Positions 1 to 6,130 of a stretch of DNA of 9,771 bases are shown in pieces. Below the pieces are notes generated by a model, which saw nothing but the letters and a program-made list of their open reading frames with translations, did not search any database and had not been told where the DNA came from. The stretch's first letter is position 1; the number at the start of each line of letters is the position of its first letter. Origin of the DNA: Octopus sinensis (lineage: Eukaryota); NCBI RefSeq assembly GCF_006345805.1, contig NW_021827832.1, positions 1 through 9,771 of the forward strand. Direction: 5' to 3'. A program made the translations under genes and the position numbers.

Positions 1-39
<39 letters not shown>

Positions 40-45
40 ATTATA

Positions 46-192
46 TGACGGGTCTTTCAGTTTCCGTCTACCAAATCCACTGGCAAGGCACTGGTCGGCC
101 CGGGGCTATAGCAGAAGACACTTGCCCAAGATGCCACGCAGTGGGACTGAACCCGGAACCATGTGGTTGGTTAGCAAGCTACTTACCACACA
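46..192 (-). mobile_element. tRNA-derived SINE family 1 (octopus OK/OR-type), head-only fragment lacking its 5'-most bases
   Basis: Reverse complement of the head of the full copy at 1308-1465. Preceded by the SINE's internal (CA)n(TA)n tract (1-45). Confidence 0.85.
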
Positions 193-208
193 ATTTAGAT
201 CTGAAAAC

Positions 209-229
209 ATCTATCTATCCATCTATCTA

Positions 230-272
<43 letters not shown>

Positions 273-361
273 GTCTATCTATCTATCTGTCTGTCTATCT
301 GTCTGTCTATCTATCTATCTGTCTATCTATCCATCTATCTGTCTGTCTGTCTAACTATCTA
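209..361. repeat. (TCTA)/(TCTG)n compound tetranucleotide microsatellite
   Basis: Seen directly; explains ORFs 45..419 and 122..373. Confidence 0.95.
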
Positions 362-486
362 TATTGTGTGTGAGTATGCGTATGAATTTGTGTATATGTG
401 TATGTTTACACACACATAGATACGTAAATATATATATGTGTGTGCGTGCATGTATGTATATGTGTGTGTGTGTGTGTATATATATA

Positions 487-540
487 TTCTTTTACTCTTT
501 TACTTGTTTCAGCCATCCGGCTGAGGCCATGCTGGGGCGT
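487..540 (-). mobile_element. 3'-terminal fragment of SINE family 1 with (AAGAGTA)n-type tail
   Basis: TTCTTTTACTCTTTTACTTGTTTCAG...GGCCATGCTGG matches the tails at 2572-2630 and 5220-5280. Confidence 0.7.
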
Positions 541-546
541 GTATAT

Positions 547-761
547 ATCATCATCATCATCATCATCATTGTCATCATTTAACGTCCGCTTTCCATGCTA
601 GCATAAGTTGGATGATTTGACTGAGGGCTGGCGAACCAGATGGCTGCACCAGGCTCCAATCTTGCTCTGGCAGAATTTCTACAGCTGGATGCCCTTTCTA
701 ACGCCAACCACTCCACGAGTGTAGTGGGTGCTTTTACCTGCCACCGGCACAAGGGCCAGTC
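547..761 (-). mobile_element. 5'-truncated LINE-type 3' end with (TGA)n tail (RTE/RTEX-like)
   Basis: (CAT)n followed by TTTAACGTCCGCTTTCCATG...GGATGCCCTTTCTAACGCCAACCAC. Inverted homologue at 964-1182 and partial copy at 9678-9771. The family label is from recall of the GGATGCCCTTCC..GCC motif. Confidence 0.7.
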
Positions 762-766
762 TGGTA

Positions 767-943
767 AGAAGAAATAAGGTACTCAGAAGTCTGGATGGTT
801 TTATATTTACAGATTTTTATTAATATGTCACGTGTTTTTATAAATCATATATTAGCGCTTGCATCCACTCAAGTGGATTCTTCAGATTAATAAAAATCTG
901 GAAATATAAAACCATCCAGATTTCTGAGTACCCTATTTCTTCT
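767..943. mobile_element. MITE-like element with 58-bp terminal inverted repeats
   Basis: 767-824 is the reverse complement of 886-943 with 3 mismatches. The spacer is 61 bp. TA lies on the left and (AT)n on the right. Confidence 0.8.
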
Positions 944-963
944 AATATATATATATATATATA

Positions 964-1182
964 GTACTGCCTGACTGGCCCCTATACCGGTGGCACGTAA
1001 AAGCACCCATTAGACTCTCGGAGTGGTTGGCAATAGGAAGGGTATCCAGCTGTAGAAACTCTGCCAGATCAAGATTGGAGCCTGGTGCAGCCATCTGGTT
1101 CGCCAGTCCTCAGTCAAATCGTCCAACGCATGCTACCATGGAAAGCGGACGTTAAACGATGATGGTGATGATGATGATGATG
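964..1182 (+). mobile_element. 5'-truncated LINE-type 3' end with (TGA)n tail (same family as 547-761)
   Basis: About 90% identical by eye to the reverse complement of 547-761; ends in GATGATG repeats. Confidence 0.7.
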
Positions 1183-1307
1183 TATAAAAATATATGTAAA
1201 TATATGTAAATATGTGTAAGTATAAATATCTACTGCATATGACAGTTTAAAAGTTTTGAATTAAGTCACAGAAGGGTTGTCCCTAAAATGAAATTCTATA
1301 TTAATAA

Positions 1308-1466
1308 GCAGGAGTGGCTGTGTGGTAAGTAGCTTGTTTACCAACCACATGGTTCCGGGTTCAGTCCCACTGCGTGGCATCTTGGGCAAGTGTCTTCTAC
1401 TATAGCCTCGGGCCGACCAAAGCCTTGTGAGTGGATTTGGTAGACGGAAACTGAAAGAAGCCCGTC

Positions 1467-1498
<32 letters not shown>

Positions 1499-1710
1499 TT
1501 GTGTGTCTGTGTTTGCCCTCCTAGCATCGCTTGACAACCGATGCTGGTGTGTTTACGTCCCCCGTAACTTAGCGGTTCAGCAAAAGAGACCGATAGAATA
1601 AGTACTGGGCTTACAAAGAATAAGTCCTGGGGTCGATTTGCTCGACTAAAGGCGGTGCTCCAGCATGGCCGCATTCAAATGATTGAAACAAGTGTAAAAA
1701 AAAAAAAAAG
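1308..1710 (+). mobile_element. Near full-length tRNA-derived SINE family 1
   Basis: A-box-like TGGCTGTGTGG (1315-1325), B-box-like GGTTCAGTCCC (1358-1368), CTTGGGCAAGTG central motif, internal (TA)n(TG)n, 3' region ending GAAACAAGTG-polyA. Several other copies occur in the window. Confidence 0.9.
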
Positions 1711-2054
1711 CATTTATAGACAACCCTTCTTTGTGATTATGTATGTCTAGAATGATATTGTAGAGTTGGTATCAGAGGCCAGATCAGGCTGGTTTGAACC
1801 AGATATGGCTGGTTCAAGTGCCAAAGAGTTCAGCCATACCTTGTACAATTTTGTTACACATAACTAATCTCAACTTCTGGTTTCATAAGATCCATTTTGC
1901 CTTTCATCTCATGGCATTCAAAGCAAGTATTTACTTTCACCTCACACAACCAAACGCCCAAGACAAAGCTGGTGTGTGAAATAGTTTAATTAATGCATCG
2001 TTAATTATATGCATGTTGATGATCAATTTTTTTTTTTCTCATCTTCTCTCACAG

Positions 2055-2110
2055 CGGACGAGAAAATATACCATGACACCCATTCAGACCGAGAAACGAC
2101 AATGTTTTAG
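2055..2110 (+). CDS. Possible terminal coding exon of an unknown host gene: (x)DEKIYHDTHSDRETTMF*
   Basis: Strong polypyrimidine tract plus CAG acceptor (2027-2054) in non-repeat sequence. One frame gives 17 codons then TAG. No homology recognised. Confidence 0.25.
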
Positions 2111-2225
2111 AAAATATACAAACAGAACCAGTTTATTTCTCCAGTTAATTAGACTAAAAAGAACAGGTTTCTACACACACACTATATGAGTTAATTGTCA
2201 TAGTGTATAAACATACATATACATA

Positions 2226-2303
2226 CTGTAACTCCTCGAGTATAATCCGCATTATTTTCCCCCAAAATTTAAAGGTCAAAATCCCTAGTGCTGGGTCTTC
2301 TCG
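2226..2303 (+). mobile_element. Truncated end of a Tc1/mariner-superfamily (Tc2-like) DNA transposon or MITE
   Basis: TA|CTGTAACTCCTCGAGTATAATCCGCA...TGCTGGGTCTTCTCG resembles TA-CCGTA...TATAAGCCGCA-type ends with a subterminal inverted repeat. The partner end is absent. Confidence 0.45.
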
Positions 2304-2304
2304 T

Positions 2305-2337
<33 letters not shown>

Positions 2338-2370
2338 CTTTATTTAAAGCAGCAGAAAATTCAACAAAAC

Positions 2371-2408
2371 CTGTTACTCTGAGTTTTCCGTTGCCGTTCA
2401 TCAGACAG
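2371..2408 (-). ncRNA. Minimal type I hammerhead ribozyme motif (minus-strand arm)
   Basis: Minus strand reads CTGT-CTGATGA-ACG-GCAA-CGG-AAA-ACTC-A-GAGT-A-ACAG. CUGAUGA is canonical; the stem II base and G12 register are imperfect. Confidence 0.6.
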
Positions 2409-2420
2409 TTTTTGCAAAAA

Positions 2421-2458
2421 CTGTCCGATGAACGGAAACGTGAAACTCAGAGTAACAG
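2421..2458 (+). ncRNA. Minimal type I hammerhead ribozyme motif (plus-strand arm)
   Basis: Stem I CTGT/ACAG; core CCGATGA (U4 to C); stem II ACG-GAAA-CGT; GAA; stem III ACTC-A-GAGT. Predicted cleavage after GUA at 2454. Confidence 0.7.
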
Positions 2459-2571
2459 GTTTGTTGAATTTTCTGCTGCTTTAAATAAAGCAATACTCTA
2501 CCACTGGTATTTGAGTACTCTTTTTTCCACCTTGTTTCACATTTATGTGATTTATCCGGTATATATATATA

Positions 2572-2935
2572 TTCTTTACTCTCTTTTACTAGTTTCAGTC
2601 ATTTGACTGCGGCCATGCTGGAGCACCGCCTTTAGTCGAGCAAATCGACCCCCAGGACTTATTCTTTATAAGCCCAGTACTTATTCTATCAGTCTCTTTT
2701 GCCGAACCACTAGGTGATGGGGACTTAAACACACCAGCATCGGTTGTCAAGCAATGCTAGGGGGACAAACACACACATACATATATATATATACATATAT
2801 ACGACAGGCTTCTTTCAGTTTCCGTCTACCAAATCCACTCACAAGGCTTTGGTCGGCCCGAGGCTATAGCAGAAGACACTTGCCCAAGGTGTCACGCAGT
2901 GGGATTGAACCCAGAACCATGTGGTTGGTAAGCAA
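2572..2935 (-). mobile_element. SINE family 1 copy, 5' end (A box) missing
   Basis: Reverse complement of about 1335-1700, including the internal microsatellite and (AAGAGTA)-type tail. Confidence 0.9.
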
Positions 2936-3285
2936 AGGCAGATAGAGAATGACAATGAAAGATCTGAGAAATTCTACGTTCTACTTTGCAAATAAGGTTT
3001 GTTTGCTGAATTTCCCATTGAATTTTGAGCAAAAAAGTTACATTTTTAAAATGAAGGAGGAAATTATTTACACTTTTTTTTTTTACATTTTTTAATTCTT
3101 TTAATAAATATTTATTGATTTACTTTGAGCAGTCATTGTTTACTTTGTCTACATTGGTGTCACAGCTTTGTTACATATGTAGAGATACATGCAAATGTCT
3201 GTTTGTCTCCGTCTGTCTGCTTCTCTGTCTCTCTCTCTCTCTTGCTCTATCTATCTCCATTTAGCTGTCTTTCTGTTTGTCCATC

Positions 3286-3400
3286 TATCCATACATCCAT
3301 CCATCCACCCACCCATCCATCCATCCATCCATCCATCCATCCATCCGTCCGTCCGTCCATCCATCCATCCATCCATCCGTCTATCCATCCACCCACCCAC

Positions 3401-3432
<32 letters not shown>

Positions 3433-4221
3433 CCACCCACCCACCCATCCATCCATCCATCCATCCATCCACCCACCCACCCATCCATCCACCCACCCAC
3501 CCACCCACCCATCCATCCATCATCCATCCGTCGATCCATCCATCCATCCATCCACCCACCCACCCATCCATCCACCCACCCACCCACCCACCCATCCATC
3601 CATCCACAATCCATCCGTCTATCCATCCATCCATCCACCCACCCACCCATCCACCCACCCATCCATCCATCACCCCCACTATCCATCCATCCATCCGTCT
3701 CTCCATCCATCCATCCACCCACCCACCCATCCATCCATCCGTCTATCCATCCATCATCCCCCCCCCCCCCCCCTCCACCCACCCACCATCATCCACCCAC
3801 TCATCCATCCATCCATCCGTCTATCCATCCATCCATCCACCCACCCACCCATCCACCCACCCTTCCATCCATCCACCCACTCATCCATCCATCCATCCGT
3901 CTATCCATCCATCCATCCACCACCCCCCCACCCATCCATCATCCATCAATCCATCCGTCTATCCATCCATCCATCCACCCACCCACCATCCACCCACCAT
4001 CCATCACACCACTCATCCATCCACCCATCCGTCTATCCATCCATCCATCCACCCACCCCCCCACCCATCCATCCATCCATCAATCCATCCGTCTATCCAT
4101 CCATCCATCCACCCACCCACCCATCCACCATCCATCCACCCATCCATCCACCCACCCATCCACCCACCCACCCATCCACCCACCCACCACCCATCCATCC
4201 ATCCATCCGTCTATCCATCTA
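3286..4221. repeat. About 940-bp (TCCA)/(CCCA)n compound microsatellite
   Basis: Seen directly; explains the Pro/Ser/His/Ile and Met/Asp/Gly/Trp ORFs between 3125 and 4423. Confidence 0.97.
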
Positions 4222-4307
4222 TTATGCTCTAACCACCCGACTGACACGAAGCCGACGCTCATGGTTCCACAACCTCTCCCGTCCGAGAGGTCTTTGTCTT
4301 GCACCAC

Positions 4308-4362
4308 TGGTGCCAGTACCATGTAAAAAGCACTCCGGACACTCAGTACAGTGGTTGGCATT
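4308..4362 (+). mobile_element. Short fragment of the (TGA)n-tailed LINE 3'-end family
   Basis: TGCC..ATGTAAAAAGCAC...GTGGTTGGCATT resembles 991-1035. Confidence 0.4.
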
Positions 4363-4464
4363 TATTGACCTTTTCCTTTCCTTTAAAAATCGGCATGAAC
4401 TTTCCGGACAACCCAATAAATAAATCCTTTGTTATATCATGCAATGATGTGTGGAAACAAGTGT

Positions 4465-4841
4465 GGAAGCACTCCGTCGGTTACGACGACGAGGGTTCCG
4501 GTTGATCCGAATGAACGGAACAGCCTGCTCGTGAAATTAACGTGTAAGTGGCGAGCACTCCACAGACACGTGTACCCTTAACGTAGTTCTCGGAGATATC
4601 GCGTGACACAGAGAGTGACAAGGCCGGCCCTTGAAATACAGGTACAACATAACAGGAAGTAAGGGTGAGAGAAAGTTGTGGTGAAAGAGTACAGCAGGGA
4701 TCACCCCATCCTGCCGGAGCCCGTGCGGAGTTTTAGGTGTTTTCGCTCAATAAACACTCACAACGCCCGGTCTGGGAATCGAAACCGCGATCCTACGACC
4801 GCGAGTCTGCTGCCCTAACCACTGGGCTATTGCGCCTCCAC
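4465..4841 (-). mobile_element. Full-length tRNA-derived SINE family 2 (octopus OR-type) with 12-bp target-site duplication
   Basis: Minus-strand A box TAGCCCAGTGG (4819-4829) and B box GGTTTCGATTCCC (4774-4786). Direct repeat GGAAACAAGTGT at 4453-4464 and 4842-4853. Confidence 0.9.
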
Positions 4842-5056
4842 GGAAACAAGTGTAGTGATATCTAAATAGATAATGTTGTTCATTCCATTTTCCATAATTT
4901 ATTTCTTTCAGTAAACTCTATGGATACCATGGAACGCCTGATGTATATATCCTGTAGCAGGACATTTCCATTACATGATGACATCAGGTAGCCAATAACT
5001 GTGGATGAGCTTTGTATAGCATACTACCAATGTTTTTTATCTGAATCATATCTAAC

Positions 5057-5219
5057 TCTGTGTGTGTGTGTGTGTGTGTGTATGCAGAGAGAGAGAGGAG
5101 AAGGAAGAGGAGGAGGAGAGAGATAAGAAAAAGAAAGGAGGAGGAGGAGAAAGAGAGAGGAGGAAAAGGGAGATGAGGAGGAGTGAGAGGGGGAGGAGAG
5201 AGAAAGAAATACATACATA
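5057..5219. repeat. (TG)n followed by purine-rich (GA)/(GAG) low-complexity tract
   Basis: Seen directly. Confidence 0.9.
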
Positions 5220-5609
5220 TACTCTTTTACTCTTTACTCTTTTACTTGTTTCAGTCATTTGACTGCGGCCATGCTGGAGCACCGCCTTTAATCGAACAAC
5301 TCGACTCCGGGACTTATTCTTTGTAAGCCTAGTACTTATTCTATCGGTCTCTTTTGCCGAACCGCTAAGTGACAGGGACATAAACACACCAGCATCGGTT
5401 GTCAAGGATGTTAGGGGGACAAACACACACACGCATATACATATATACATATATACGACGGGCTACTTTCAGTTTCCATCTACCAAATCCACTCAGAAGG
5501 CTTTGTTTGGCCCGAGGCTATAGTAGAAGACACTTGCCCAAGGTGCCACGCAGTGGGACTGAACCCGGACCATGTGGTTGGTAAACAAGCTACTTACCAC
5601 ACAGCCACT

Positions 5610-5612
<3 letters not shown>
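5220..5612 (-). mobile_element. SINE family 1 copy A (tail plus head; head ends at CACTCCT, then (TA)n)
   Basis: Reverse complement of about 1310-1700. Confidence 0.9.
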
Positions 5613-5641
<29 letters not shown>

Positions 5642-5649
<8 letters not shown>

Positions 5650-5804
5650 TACAAGGGCTTCTTTCAGTTTCCGTCTACCAAATCCACTCAGAAGGCTTGT
5701 TCAGCCCAAGGCTATAGTAGAAGACACTTGCCAAGGTGCCATGCAGTGGGACTGAACCCGGAACCATGTGGTTGGTAAACAAGCTACTTACCACACAGCC
5801 ACTC

Positions 5805-5806
<2 letters not shown>
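5642..5806 (-). mobile_element. SINE family 1 head-only copy B
   Basis: Tandem to copy A and near-identical to copy C (8766-8927). Confidence 0.9.
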
Positions 5807-5844
<38 letters not shown>

Positions 5845-5850
<6 letters not shown>

Positions 5851-6130
5851 TATCATACCAAGAGTGGCCTTCCCTATTTTCTTTTTTGTCCTTTCTATAG
5901 TGTTCCATGACTTGTACCTATAGAGTGGGCAAATCCCATTCTTATCATTACATAATATATTATCAAATTTCTTTATGGCTGTACCTGAGAACTGCATGCG
6001 GTGATGAAGTACTGTATGTGTCTTTTTTAATTCTGTAGGCTCGCACATGCGTGACACATTTCTCATTATTCTGACGAGGTCTGCCATCAAAATATTGAAT
6101 TTGGCATTGCCCGCAATGGCTGAGTTCCGG
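5845..6130 (-). repeat. Inverted duplication of PLE internal segment 7158-7476
   Basis: The minus-strand ORF shares RNSAIAGNAKFNILMADLVRIMRNVSRMCEPTELK with ORF 6967..7446. By my alignment the arms differ by 2 substitutions, 5 single-base indels and one 32-bp deletion. Confidence 0.97.

Larger units (their letters stand above)
2338..2559 (+). mobile_element. ORF-less Penelope-like pseudo-LTR remnant with head-to-head inverted duplication, flanked by (TA)n
   Basis: 153-bp palindrome at 2338-2490 centred on TTTTTGCAAAAA, with 4 substitutions and 1 indel between arms. The right arm continues 69 bp to 2559. Contains hammerhead motifs. (TA)n lies on both sides. Confidence 0.7.

Noticed and set aside
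45-582. ORFs 45..419, 122..373 and 364..582
   Set aside because: SINE head plus TCTA/TG microsatellite read-through.
1308-1380. tRNA gene calls at the SINE heads (also 4770-4841)
   Set aside because: A and B boxes are present, but there is no clean cloverleaf and the heads continue into multi-copy SINE bodies.
1775-1817. 20-bp tandem duplication with a 9-bp hairpin (TTGAACCAG/CTGGTTCAA)
   Set aside because: Short, and explained by duplication of a quasi-palindromic unit; no functional signature.
3125-4423. Long Pro/His/Ser-rich ORFs (432, 349 and 347 aa) and minus-strand MDGW ORFs
   Set aside because: They are translations of the (TCCA)n array, which lacks stops in several frames.
4912-4987. 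Possible 76-nt exon (acceptor at 4911, donor GTAGCC), plus an acceptor-like site at 9309
   Set aside because: Donors are weak and joined peptides look non-protein-like; mentioned only as support for the 2055 candidate.
4937-4988. CCTGATGT/ACATCAGG stem with inner TCCTG/CAGGA hairpin, considered as hammerhead or SECIS
   Set aside because: No GAAA core half and no SECIS quartet arrangement; stems are short enough to arise by chance.
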